Notes: a model not told the origin generated them from the letters alone. Counted from the stretch's first letter, positions 17,111-26,621 are shown. The stretch: 64,000 nt of DNA from Acidobacteriota bacterium (GCA_039026915.1 JBCCLJ010000004.1:1650-65649), one strand, 5' to 3'. Translations and numbers: made by a program.

Positions 17111-20038
17111 ATGAGACGCTCCGTCGGACTTCGTTCTTTCTGTTTCCGGGCCCTGGGTTGCCTCGCCCTCTTCACGACGGCCACCTTCGGTCAGACGATC
17201 GATCGCACCTTCATCGACGCGACGGGCGACGCCACGGCGCTCACCGGCCGGGCGCTCGACGCCCGCGAGCTGCGCATGACGCTCGATGCCTCGACGATCT
17301 CTTTCGAGGGATCTCTGGCCTCGCCCAACGGGGCCTTCGACAGCGAGTTCCTGAGCGGAGCCGGAATCACTCCGGGCTCGCAGCGTTATCTCGCTGCGTT
17401 GCATCTGGTGCTGATCGACGCCGATGACAATCCCAGCACGGGACTGCCGGGCTTTGGCGCCGAGTACATCCTCGAGGTCTCTGCGACGATCTTCGAGGAT
17501 CCGGTGACGGCCGAGGTGGAGCTCGACGAACCGCTCGTCGGCTTCCTCAAAATCTACGCAGCAAACGGGGCTGAGACCGTGACGCGGCTTTCGTCCTCGT
17601 TCAGTCGCAGCGACTCCGGCTTTCAGGTCAGCGCGCCGCGCTCCAGCCTGACGCTCGGCGACTTCATCACCGTGCAGTACGTGACGCTGGCGTTCGGTAC
17701 CGACGGCGCAACCTGCTTCAACTTCTTCGACGAGCCGGCGTTCTGTGGCTTCGAGTCGGACTTCGCGCCCGACTCCCCGGCGCGGCTCGATCTGACGGTG
17801 CCGAGCGCTCCGGCCACGATCGAGTTCACCGAAACGCGCGTCACGGCGTCCGAGTCGGAGGGCTCGGTCAGCGTGACCGTGCAGCTCGACCCGGGCAGCG
17901 ACTCAGGCGATGCGTCGGTCGGTGTCGAGGTCACCGGCGGTACGGCCGACGCATCGGACTTCACCGGGCCCACCCCCAGAGCGGTGACCTTCACCGAGGG
18001 TGAGACGACCGCCCAGGTGGTCGTAGACATCGTCGACGACGGGGAGGCGGAGCGCGTCGAGACGATCGAGCTGAGTCTGGTCGGTCCGGACGGCGCCCGC
18101 CTCGGGGAGCAGTCGAGCACGACGCTCGTGATTCGCGACAACGATGTGCCGGTGACTCCCGAGACGACGGTCGGGAGCACCACGTCCCGTTCTCCGGTCG
18201 TCGCCTACGGTCTACAGGGTCAGAGAGCTCTCGTCTGGACGCAGCTCGTCGGCGGCAGACGTCAGGTCTTTGCTCGCGTCGCCGGTGCCGATGGATCGGT
18301 GCTCCGCTCCGATTTCGCCGTGGCTCCCGATCCCTCCGTCGACCAGCTGAACCCTTCGGCTACCTTTGCCCGCAGCGGCCTCGCCGTCGTTTTCGAGACG
18401 GCGGTTCCGGGTGGCGCGGCGCGTTCCGCCAACGGCAACCTGGTCGGCGTCTTCTTCAGCGGAGCCTTGGAAGAGGCCGTGGAGGAGCTGCCGCTCGAGG
18501 ACACCGGCGGTGCGACGTCACCGCAGGTTGCCTCCGATCGCAACGGCAACATCGTCGTCAGCTGGAACGAAGGCGCGGATCTCGTCGGCCAGGAGTTCGG
18601 CGGAAACACTCAAGGAAGCGGTCGCTTCCCGATCGGCCAGGCTGACGAAGACTCGGTGCCGGAGACGGCGAGCTCGGCGAACGGCGACTACGCCGTCGCT
18701 TGGCGCGAGGGCTCGCCCAACGGCGTCTCGAGGATCAGGGTGCGTCGCTTTCGCCGCGGCGCCCGCAGTCAGGGCAGCGTCATCACCGTCGAAGAAGGGC
18801 CCGGGCTGGACGCTCCCAGCATCGCGATGGCGGCCGACGGTGGCTTCGTCGTCGTCTACGAGCGTCCTGGGAGCGGTGGGTCGGACGTCGTCGGCGCCCG
18901 CTACGGCAGCGACGGTGAGCAGGAAGTGCCGCCGACGACACTCAACGCTGACGCCGCGCAGAACACGAATCCGTCCGCAGCCGTGAACGCCAAGGGCGAT
19001 CTGGTCGTCGTCTGGGAGCAGAACATCGGCGCAGCGCTCAAAGGCGCTCAGGCCAACGGCAATCTGGTCGGCAACTTTTTCCTGCCGGATCTGAGTGGAG
19101 CCACTGAGGAGATCGTCGTCGCGGAGACCGATGCCACGACCGGCACACCGTCGGAGGCGGAGGTCAGCATCGACGACGACGACGATACGACCGTGGTCTA
19201 TACCCGGAGACGAGAGAACCAGCCCGATCAGATCTTCGAGACCGAGCTGACGCCGAGCCTCTCCGACGGCGTTTGCGAGCCCGGCGACGAGCGTCTTTGC
19301 CTTCAGGGAGAGCGCTTCGGCATCACCGTGCAGTGGCAGGACTTTCAGGGCAACAGCGGCAGCGGCCGCGCGGTGCCGCTGACGACCGACTCCGGCTATC
19401 TCTGGTTCTTCAGCGAGAGCAATGTCGAGATGGTGATCAAAGTGCTCAACGGGTGCCCGTTGAACGATCACTTCTGGGTCTTTGCCGGTGGCCTGACCAA
19501 CGTGCAGGTGACGGTCACCGTCGACGACTCTCTCACCGGTGCGAGCCGCACCTACACGAACCCGCCGGGGGTCGACTTCGCGCCGATCCAGGACACCAGC
19601 GCTCTGGCCGCCTGCACGGAGAATGATCGTCTGGTCTCCGAACCGCAGCTGCTGTCGAGCGCTCTTCCGGTCTGCCCGAACGATCCTGAAGCTCTCTGTC
19701 TCGGAGAGGGTGGCCGTTTCGAGGTGCGCCTCGACTGGCGCACGGCTCAGGGCACGTCCGGTGTCGGTATGCCGACGGGATTGACCCCCGATACGGGCTA
19801 CTTCTGGTTCTTCGACTCGTCGAATGTCGAAGTCGTCATCAAGGTGCTCGACGGCTGTGCGCTGAACGACAACTTCTGGGTCTTCGCCGGCGGTTTGACG
19901 GATGTCGAAACGACGATGACCGTCACCGATACCGTCGCCGGAGTGTCGAAGACCTACGTGAACACTCTGGGAGATCCCTTCCAACCGATCCTCGATACGG
20001 CCGCGCTGCCGACGTGCAGCGCGAGCCGATCCGAGTAG
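17111..20038 (+). CDS. paralog of 14001..16994 (same secreted multi-domain architecture)
   Basis: ORF 17084..20038. ATG at 17111 follows GGGAG and gives MRRSVGLRSFCFRALGCLALFTTATFG. It is colinear with the upstream gene over its full length. Confidence 0.85.
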   Translation: MRRSVGLRSFCFRALGCLALFTTATFGQTIDRTFIDATGDATALTGRALDARELRMTLDASTISFEGSLASPNGAFDSEFLSGAGITPGSQRYLAALHLVLIDADDNPSTGLPGFGAEYILEVSATIFEDPVTAEVELDEPLVGFLKIYAANGAETVTRLSSSFSRSDSGFQVSAPRSSLTLGDFITVQYVTLAFGTDGATCFNFFDEPAFCGFESDFAPDSPARLDLTVPSAPATIEFTETRVTASESEGSVSVTVQLDPGSDSGDASVGVEVTGGTADASDFTGPTPRAVTFTEGETTAQVVVDIVDDGEAERVETIELSLVGPDGARLGEQSSTTLVIRDNDVPVTPETTVGSTTSRSPVVAYGLQGQRALVWTQLVGGRRQVFARVAGADGSVLRSDFAVAPDPSVDQLNPSATFARSGLAVVFETAVPGGAARSANGNLVGVFFSGALEEAVEELPLEDTGGATSPQVASDRNGNIVVSWNEGADLVGQEFGGNTQGSGRFPIGQADEDSVPETASSANGDYAVAWREGSPNGVSRIRVRRFRRGARSQGSVITVEEGPGLDAPSIAMAADGGFVVVYERPGSGGSDVVGARYGSDGEQEVPPTTLNADAAQNTNPSAAVNAKGDLVVVWEQNIGAALKGAQANGNLVGNFFLPDLSGATEEIVVAETDATTGTPSEAEVSIDDDDDTTVVYTRRRENQPDQIFETELTPSLSDGVCEPGDERLCLQGERFGITVQWQDFQGNSGSGRAVPLTTDSGYLWFFSESNVEMVIKVLNGCPLNDHFWVFAGGLTNVQVTVTVDDSLTGASRTYTNPPGVDFAPIQDTSALAACTENDRLVSEPQLLSSALPVCPNDPEALCLGEGGRFEVRLDWRTAQGTSGVGMPTGLTPDTGYFWFFDSSNVEVVIKVLDGCALNDNFWVFAGGLTDVETTMTVTDTVAGVSKTYVNTLGDPFQPILDTAALPTCSASRSE

Positions 20039-20046
20039 GAGACTCT

Positions 20047-23000
20047 TCAACGGAAGTCGTGGCTCGGTACGCGCGACAGCTGGTCGATGGGCCAGAACTT
20101 GTCGGCCTTCACCGACAGGGAACCGTCTCGCTTCTGGAGAATGCCCTCGACGACGAGTCCGGCGGAGCCGACGATGACCGTACGGTGCTCCTTGAGCAGC
20201 TGAGGCATGACGACGGCCTGACTCATGCCGGTCTCGTCTTCGAGGGTGATGAAAAGCAGTCCCTTGGCCGTGCCCGGCCGCTGCCGCACGATGACCGAGC
20301 CGGCCGTCTTGACGCGCCGTTCGGGCTCGACGCCGTCGAGCTCGGCGGCCGAGAGGATGCCGCGCTTCTTGAGCTGCTCGCGGTAGTACTCCATTGGGTG
20401 GCGCCCGGCCGTGAGGTCGGTGACCGCGAAGTCCGTCAGCGTCTCTTCGAAGAGCGACATCTCGGGTAGCGGTGAGGGTGCCGTGTCGGGCAACTCGGTG
20501 AGCAGAGGGCCGCGATGCTTCGCCGCGCGGGCGACCTGCCAAAGTGCTTCGCGACGGGAGAGTGCTCTTCCCTGATCGCCGAGGGACAGGAGAGCACCGA
20601 TCGCCGCGAGGCTCGTCGCCTCGTCTTCATGCAGGCCGCAGCGTTCGATGAGGTCGTCGGTGCTGTGGAAGCGGCGGCGACGACGTTCGTTCTCGATCGC
20701 TTCGCCGGCCTGGCGCCGCAGTCCCTTCACGTAGCGCAGGCCGATACGGATGGCTCCCGCTGTCGGCTTGGAGCGGGAGGGCGTACGTTGGGCGTCGTGC
20801 GGCAGATCGAGCTCCGCATGCGGCGCGTCCGATCCGGGACGCCACTCGCGCCGATGGTGCGCCGGACGAGACGGCGAGGCGGTGCTCTTGCGCGCTGCAA
20901 GTCGGGCGCGGTCTTCGTCACTCGGCTCTTCCCAGAGGCACTGCCAGCCGGAATGGTTGACGTCGATCGGCAGTACGACGGTGCCGGCACGTTGTGCCTC
21001 TTTGACGAGCGTTGCCGGGTGGTAGAAGCCCATGGGCCAGGCGTTGAGGAGTGAGAGAAAGAAGGCTGTGGGGTGATGGCATTTGAGGTAGGCGCTGGCG
21101 TAGGCGATGAGCGCAAAGCTGGCGGCGTGTGACTCGGGAAAACCGTAGAGCGCGAAGGAGGTAATCGCCTGGATAATCTGCGCTTGGCCTTCGTCGCTGA
21201 TGCCGCGCGTCTGCATGCCTTCGCGCAGGCGAAGCTCGATTGATTCCATGCGCTCCATGGAGCGTTTGAAGCCCATGGCGCGGCGCAGCTCCTCTGCCTC
21301 GCCCCCGGTGAAGCCAGCGGCATCCATGGCGAGTTTGAGGATCTGCTCCTGGAAGATCGGCACGCCGAGCGTGCGCTGGAGCGTCGGCTTGAGGGACGGG
21401 TGCGGGTAGGTCACCTCTTCGCGCCCGAGCCGTCGCTCGAAGAAGGGATGCGTCATCTTGCCGACGATGGGCCCGGGCCGGATGATCGCCACCTGGATGA
21501 CGAGATCGTAGAACTTCTCCGGGCGGTTGCGCGGCAGCGAGGCCATCTGCGCGCGGCTCTCCACCTGGAAGACGCCGACCGTGTCGGCCCTGCGCAGCAT
21601 TGCGTAGGTCTCGGGGTCGTCGACCGGCAGGTGCGCCAGATCGAGGTTGAGCTTCTCGTGTTCGCGAATCAGAGGCACCGCTTCTTCGAGAGCGTTGAGC
21701 ATGCCGAGGCCGAGCAGGTCGACCTTGATGATGCCGAGGTCGGCGCAGTCGTCCTTGTCCCACTGCACGATGACGCGGTCTTCCATCGCCGCCGGCTCGA
21801 GCGGTACGACTTCGTCGAGCCGACCAGCGCACATCACCATGCCTCCCGAGTGCTGGCCGAGGTGACGCGGGTGGTTCTGCAGGTTGCGCCAGCTCTCGAT
21901 GAAGAGCTGCATGCGCGTGTCGCTCGGGTCGAAGCCGAGAGAGGTCAGCTCGTCGTCGAGCTGGTGGTCGTCGCCGCGCTTGATGTCGTAGTGCCAGCTG
22001 CCGAGCCGCTTGGCGAGGCGGTCGACCTGCTGCTTCGAGTAGCCGAGCACCTTGGCGACTTCGCGTGCGGCCATGCGGTCGCGGTAGGTGATGACGTTGG
22101 CGGTCATCGCCGAGCCGTGGCGGCCGTAGCGCTTGTAGACGTATTGAATGACCTTCTCGCGCTGGTCTCCGGAGGGCAGATCGAGGTCGATGTCTGGCCA
22201 CTCGCCGCGCTCTTCGGAGAGGAAACGCTCGAAGAGCAGCTCCATCTTCACCGGGTCGACGGCGGTGATCGACAGTGCGTAGCAGACGGCACTGTTCGCC
22301 GCCGAGCCGCGCCCCTGCGCCAGGATGTTCTCCTGCTGGCAGAAGCGCACGATGTCCCAGACGATGAGGAAGTAGCCGGCGAGATCGAGCTTGTCGATCA
22401 TGCGCAGCTCTTTCTCGATCTGCGCCTGGGCCTGCGCGGTGAACGGCCGGAAGCGTGCACGCGCGGCGTTCCAGGTGAGCTGGCTGAGATAGGACATGGG
22501 CGTCTCGCCCGGGGGCAGCGGGTACTCGGGAAAGCGATAGCCGAGATCGTCGAGCGTGAAGTCGAGTTCTTCGGTGAGGTCGAGGCTCGCCTGCAGCGCT
22601 TCGGGCAGGTCGTCGAAGAGCTCATGCATCTCGCCGGCGGAACGCAGGTAGCGCTGGCGCTCCGCGGCGACGACGCGACCTGCTGTATCGAGCGTCGTGT
22701 GATGACGAATGCAGGTCATGACGTCGTGCAGCCGCTTGTCGAAGGGCTTGGCGTAGCGCACGCCGTTCGTCGCCAAGAGCGGCAGACGCATCGATTGGGC
22801 GAGCGCGATCAGCGTGCGGTTGCGATGCTCTTCGGCGCGCAGACCGTGGCGCTGCAGCTCGACGTGCAGGTTCGGTCTCGAAGACTCTGAGGGAGTGAAG
22901 ATCTCGGCGATGCGGTCGAGCCGACGCCGCGCGAGCGTCGCGTCACCGCCGGCAAGCGCGCGCACCAGGGCGCCTTCGTCGCTGCCAACGAGACAGTGCA

Positions 23001-23721
23001 GCCCCTCGGCGTGCTCGGCGAGCATCGCGGCGTCGACCCGCGCTTCGCCTTTCGGGTGTGCGAGCGCTCCCGCGGTGATCAGCTTGCACAGACTGCGGTA
23101 GCCGGTGCGGTTGCGCACGAGCAGACTGAGCCGCACTTCCGGCGCCGGCTCGGCCTTGCGCTTGCCTGGCGCCGGAGCCAGAGGGATGCCGGTTCCGGGG
23201 AGAGAGCGCTGCAGGACCTCGGGCTCTTCCTTACCGTCCCAGGCGCGCAGCGTCAGCGGGTCGAGCACGACCTCTGCGCCGACGAGCGCCTTGATGCCGG
23301 CTTCCTTGGCCGCCTTGTAGAAGCGCGGCGCACCGAAGACGCCGCCGCGGTCGAGTAGCGCAACCGCGGGCAGCTCGAGCTCGGCGGCGCGCTCGACGAG
23401 GTCCTCAGGCTGTGACGAACCGCGCAGAAACGAGAAGGACGACGCCGCGTGCAGCTCGCAGTAGCGCGCTTTGGCCGGTCGCCGCTTCTTCTGAAAGTCG
23501 CGCTCGCGCAGCTTCAGCTTGCGCGCTCCGGGGGAGACGTACGTGCCCCGCCGGATCTGCTCATCCATCGTCCCAGAGTTGAAGGGGCCGCTGCCGTACC
23601 CCCAGCTGAGGTCGCGAACGTTGTCCGGCAGATGGTCCATCGCGACGGGCTCGTCGTCGCTCTGCCCCTTTTTCTCGGGATCTTCGGGCAGATCGTGGGA
23701 GGGACCGCGCTGGCGTCGCAT
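20047..23721 (-). CDS. dnaE2: error-prone DNA polymerase III alpha-subunit homolog DnaE2 (ImuC)
   Basis: PHP domain ELHAASSFSFLRGSSQPEDLVERAAELELPAVALLDRGGVFGAPRFYKAA. Pol III alpha core, e.g. DTVGVFQVESRAQM. The start is ambiguous: ATG 23721 (possibly leaderless), 23640 or 23568. Confidence 0.9.
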   Translation of the reverse strand: MRRQRGPSHDLPEDPEKKGQSDDEPVAMDHLPDNVRDLSWGYGSGPFNSGTMDEQIRRGTYVSPGARKLKLRERDFQKKRRPAKARYCELHAASSFSFLRGSSQPEDLVERAAELELPAVALLDRGGVFGAPRFYKAAKEAGIKALVGAEVVLDPLTLRAWDGKEEPEVLQRSLPGTGIPLAPAPGKRKAEPAPEVRLSLLVRNRTGYRSLCKLITAGALAHPKGEARVDAAMLAEHAEGLHCLVGSDEGALVRALAGGDATLARRRLDRIAEIFTPSESSRPNLHVELQRHGLRAEEHRNRTLIALAQSMRLPLLATNGVRYAKPFDKRLHDVMTCIRHHTTLDTAGRVVAAERQRYLRSAGEMHELFDDLPEALQASLDLTEELDFTLDDLGYRFPEYPLPPGETPMSYLSQLTWNAARARFRPFTAQAQAQIEKELRMIDKLDLAGYFLIVWDIVRFCQQENILAQGRGSAANSAVCYALSITAVDPVKMELLFERFLSEERGEWPDIDLDLPSGDQREKVIQYVYKRYGRHGSAMTANVITYRDRMAAREVAKVLGYSKQQVDRLAKRLGSWHYDIKRGDDHQLDDELTSLGFDPSDTRMQLFIESWRNLQNHPRHLGQHSGGMVMCAGRLDEVVPLEPAAMEDRVIVQWDKDDCADLGIIKVDLLGLGMLNALEEAVPLIREHEKLNLDLAHLPVDDPETYAMLRRADTVGVFQVESRAQMASLPRNRPEKFYDLVIQVAIIRPGPIVGKMTHPFFERRLGREEVTYPHPSLKPTLQRTLGVPIFQEQILKLAMDAAGFTGGEAEELRRAMGFKRSMERMESIELRLREGMQTRGISDEGQAQIIQAITSFALYGFPESHAASFALIAYASAYLKCHHPTAFFLSLLNAWPMGFYHPATLVKEAQRAGTVVLPIDVNHSGWQCLWEEPSDEDRARLAARKSTASPSRPAHHRREWRPGSDAPHAELDLPHDAQRTPSRSKPTAGAIRIGLRYVKGLRRQAGEAIENERRRRRFHSTDDLIERCGLHEDEATSLAAIGALLSLGDQGRALSRREALWQVARAAKHRGPLLTELPDTAPSPLPEMSLFEETLTDFAVTDLTAGRHPMEYYREQLKKRGILSAAELDGVEPERRVKTAGSVIVRQRPGTAKGLLFITLEDETGMSQAVVMPQLLKEHRTVIVGSAGLVVEGILQKRDGSLSVKADKFWPIDQLSRVPSHDFR

Positions 23722-23725
23722 CGAA

Positions 23726-23754
23726 CGAGTATAGCGTAAATAGAGCGTAAATGG
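23726..23754 (-). promoter_or_regulatory. putative promoter/operator: ATTTACGC-N3-TTTACGC directly abutting a TATACT -10-like box
   Basis: Minus strand reads CCATTTACGCTCTATTTACGCTATACTCGTTCGATG. A near-identical element lies upstream of imuA (35170-35199). Confidence 0.45.
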
Positions 23755-23801
23755 CTCGAAGCTGACCGAACGCTACTCCCAGTCTGAACCGTGCACCATG
23801 A

Positions 23802-23916
23802 GCGTCATTGCGAGGAGCAGCGACCTGACTCGCGCAGCAGAGCTAGGGCGCTCGACCCCTCCGGGCTTGCAGATGCTGCGCATCTACTGGGTGGCAATCG
23901 GCTCAAAGGCCATGCC
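23802..23916. repeat. conserved intergenic block, copy A (partner at 35432-35481)
   Basis: GCGTCATTGCGAGG...CTGAC, then a 61-nt insert, then GTGGCAATCGGCTCAAAGGCCATGCC. The insert carries an 8-bp inverted repeat, GCGCAGCA (23832-23839) / TGCTGCGC (23874-23881). Confidence 0.4.
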
Positions 23917-24036
23917 CCAGCCGCGAAGAACGCTCACGATCGGGGAACCTACGTTCCACCTGCCAGGTCTCATTCTCCGGAGGTTCTCATGAAGCCGTGG
24001 AGAGGTCGCCGGATATTCTGGATCGCGTAGGGCTTC

Positions 24037-24798
24037 GTGCTCTGGCTCGTTCTTCTGTCGGAGGTTCCCGCGAGCGAGAGGGAGCATCCGGTTCTGCAGT
24101 TAGCCGTTGCGTTGTGGCCGATCGCGCTCCTGTGGAAGCTCCTTTCCGGAGCAGTCGGTGAGTTCTTGCCGCTCCTCCTGCGTCGAGCTCCATTCGTCGT
24201 CGCGGGAGGCGTCGTCGCTTGGGCTCTGATCTTGTTTGCTTCTGCGTGGGAACCCAGAGCGCGCGATGACTTCGGGCTGCTGACGCCCGGTGTCGTCATC
24301 GAAGAGGCTCTCTACGCCTATCCGCTGACCTGGGCCCTTCTGGTGGCGCTCGGCCTGTGGCGGCTTCGAGCCTTTCTTCAGGAGGACCGCGCCGCGGTCT
24401 TTGGCGCCTCCAAGGTGGTCTTGTTGGTTTGGGCGTGGGAGCTGGTCGGGAATCTGTCGCTCTGGCTGAGCGCGAGCCACGGCTACGTGATGGCGTTTCT
24501 CTGGTTGAACATTGCTGCTGGCTTCGTGCCCATGGCAGTGGTCCTCGGCGTTCGCAGGGTGCTAGCGAACCCAACTGAACTCCCGCGCTCAACGGGCTGG
24601 CTCACCTCTTCACGGATCGGAGAACGTGCCGCCATTCTCTCGGTCCTATTCCTGGCTGCGAGCCTCGTAGCTCTCATCGAGCGCGTCAACTTCGATCGGG
24701 TCCTCGAAGAGTTGGAACGGGCGCGCGGAGCCGCTCGGACTTGTCAGGAACTGGAACGTCAGCTCCCAGAGCGATCGCCGTGTCGTGGAGCTGAGTAG
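24037..24798 (+). CDS. hypothetical multi-pass membrane protein
   Basis: 253-aa ORF with a GTG start immediately after an in-frame stop. Five or six hydrophobic helices, e.g. FVVAGGVVAWALILFASAW and YVMAFLWLNIAAGFVPMAVVLGV. I recognise no family. Confidence 0.45.
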   Translation: MLWLVLLSEVPASEREHPVLQLAVALWPIALLWKLLSGAVGEFLPLLLRRAPFVVAGGVVAWALILFASAWEPRARDDFGLLTPGVVIEEALYAYPLTWALLVALGLWRLRAFLQEDRAAVFGASKVVLLVWAWELVGNLSLWLSASHGYVMAFLWLNIAAGFVPMAVVLGVRRVLANPTELPRSTGWLTSSRIGERAAILSVLFLAASLVALIERVNFDRVLEELERARGAARTCQELERQLPERSPCRGAE

Positions 24799-24992
24799 TC
24801 CCGCAGGGCGCGAACCCGCAGAAGTCTCGCTTCCACTAGACGCGACACTCTCGCAAGCTTGCTGCCGAGATCCGATGACTGGACGTGCAGCAGTGCCGCG
24901 CGACGCTTCGAGGACGCGGTCGAGCGCTGTCTCGATGCCAACGAGTTACAGCGCCTGAAACTCTCCCTGCACGAAGGTCTCGGCCGGGTGAC

Positions 24993-26621
24993 TCAGGGAG
25001 TGGATGCACTCCAGTCGCTCAGTCCGCTTTCGAAATCCGTGGCGAAGACGAAGTCGAGCGGGAGAGGATTCAGTTCCCGGTCCCAGAGAGAGAACACCGG
25101 AACGCCGTTCTCGTGCGTGATCGCGAGCAGTGCTTGGGGCGCCGAGGCCAAGTGCAATGGCGTTCCGCTGACTTGAACCGCCGTGGCGATCGCGAGCGTG
25201 GGTGTCCAAGCTTGAATCTCCGTCGCCGCTCCCACATCTCGCAGGGTAAAGAGCTGGTCTTGCCGCCATGCGGCGTCAGCAACGTTGTTCGACAAGGTGT
25301 TGACCAGTTGCAGAGTGACCGCGTCAAACAGCCGTCCTGATCCGAGCAGCAGGACGGATCCATCCGGCGCGACGCGAATCGGATAGGTCATTCCGTCGCT
25401 GCTGTGGAAGGGGGAGTCCAGTCGGTTGCCGAACGTGCCGTCGCCGAAGATCTCGCGCGAGTGGAGGTCGTTGGGACTGATTCCCAGACGAAGGTGATAC
25501 AGCCTGCCGTTCGCCTCACTCCAGCGAAATTCCTGCGAGCGGTATGCGCGCCAGTTGTCCGAAGCGATCTCGGTTGCATCGAAGGCAAACGTCTTGAAGG
25601 TGACACTGCTCGAACTGCGGTACTCGCATGTGAAGAGGTGAGTCCCGGTCGCGGCGAGACCGCAGACAGTGTTCGGTAGGTTGACGAACGGCGTTTCGAC
25701 GGGCTGCGGGCCCAAGAGATCGATGCTCGTCACCTCGCCCGCCGTGTAACCGAAGTAGAGCTTCTCGTCTGCCTCACTCAAGGTCATCCAGTTTGGAGCG
25801 TCCGAGAGAGTGAGAGTCTCCGCGTAGCCTCCTTCCCTGGCGTTCCACCTGAAGACGCTGGCGTGAGGCCTGGACAGAAGAAAGACCGTGCCGTCCGAGT
25901 GCTGCGCGATCGCGTCGGGTACGAACGGCAGGCCGACCGGGTCGACAGGGGCACCTGGCGCCGGAGGCTGGAGTGAGTCGAGAGGTACCTCCACGGCGAT
26001 CGGTCCTTGACCCTCGTCGCGAAAGGTGAGCACGGTGTCGCCGAAGAGCACGATGCGGGCCGGCGCGTGGTCGAGCGCGACGTCGCTCTGCTTCAGCAAG
26101 GTGTTGGTGTATGCCGAGATCGTGTCGCCGCGCAGCACGATGGGTACGTCGCCGTAGAACACGAGGTCGTCCAGGGCACCGCCGAAGGAGTTGGCGTAGG
26201 TCAGATCCGACGTCTGGTGGACCGTGCCGGAGTTGTCGGCGACGAGGAGGCCCGAGGGGAAGGCGTAGGTGACTTGCGCTCCGGGGTACGTGCCGTGGTA
26301 CGGACTGTCGTCCGCGTACTCGAAGGTCCCGTCGCCATTCAGCGGAATCTCGACGATGTCCGCCGGGCTGCCGCCCCGTCGAGCGAAGATCTTCTGAGCG
26401 CCTTCGGCCAGCGAAAAACCGAAGTAGGAGTAGCGATTGTTCTGGTCCCATTCGAGCAGCGATCCGGTCAGTTTGTCGACGCTTTGGATGTCGCTCTCGT
26501 CGTGGATGTAGAGGTAGGAACCCCAAGTCGCCAGCTCGCGGATGTCGTAGAGGGCGTTGCGGAGATGTGTTTCCTCGGCCGTCTGCAGGTCCAGGTGGGA
26601 GACGCGGCGGCCGAAGGCCAC
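24993..26621 (-). CDS. secreted repeat protein with internal duplication (beta-propeller-like); the true 5' end is probably near 26986
   Basis: 542-aa ORF from GTG 26621. The same frame stays open upstream to 26987 and encodes a signal peptide (RSRARFAAILIIAALSTATLSSASS) without any ATG/GTG/TTG. See finding. Confidence 0.7.
   Translation of the reverse strand: MAFGRRVSHLDLQTAEETHLRNALYDIRELATWGSYLYIHDESDIQSVDKLTGSLLEWDQNNRYSYFGFSLAEGAQKIFARRGGSPADIVEIPLNGDGTFEYADDSPYHGTYPGAQVTYAFPSGLLVADNSGTVHQTSDLTYANSFGGALDDLVFYGDVPIVLRGDTISAYTNTLLKQSDVALDHAPARIVLFGDTVLTFRDEGQGPIAVEVPLDSLQPPAPGAPVDPVGLPFVPDAIAQHSDGTVFLLSRPHASVFRWNAREGGYAETLTLSDAPNWMTLSEADEKLYFGYTAGEVTSIDLLGPQPVETPFVNLPNTVCGLAATGTHLFTCEYRSSSSVTFKTFAFDATEIASDNWRAYRSQEFRWSEANGRLYHLRLGISPNDLHSREIFGDGTFGNRLDSPFHSSDGMTYPIRVAPDGSVLLLGSGRLFDAVTLQLVNTLSNNVADAAWRQDQLFTLRDVGAATEIQAWTPTLAIATAVQVSGTPLHLASAPQALLAITHENGVPVFSLWDRELNPLPLDFVFATDFESGLSDWSASTP

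Noticed and set aside
23791-24030. Small plus-strand ORFs (79 and 64 aa) across conserved block A, e.g. MSVIARSSDLTRAAELG...
   Set aside because: The two frames overlap, there is no RBS, and the partner copy B has no equivalent ORF. The conservation is better explained at the DNA or RNA level.
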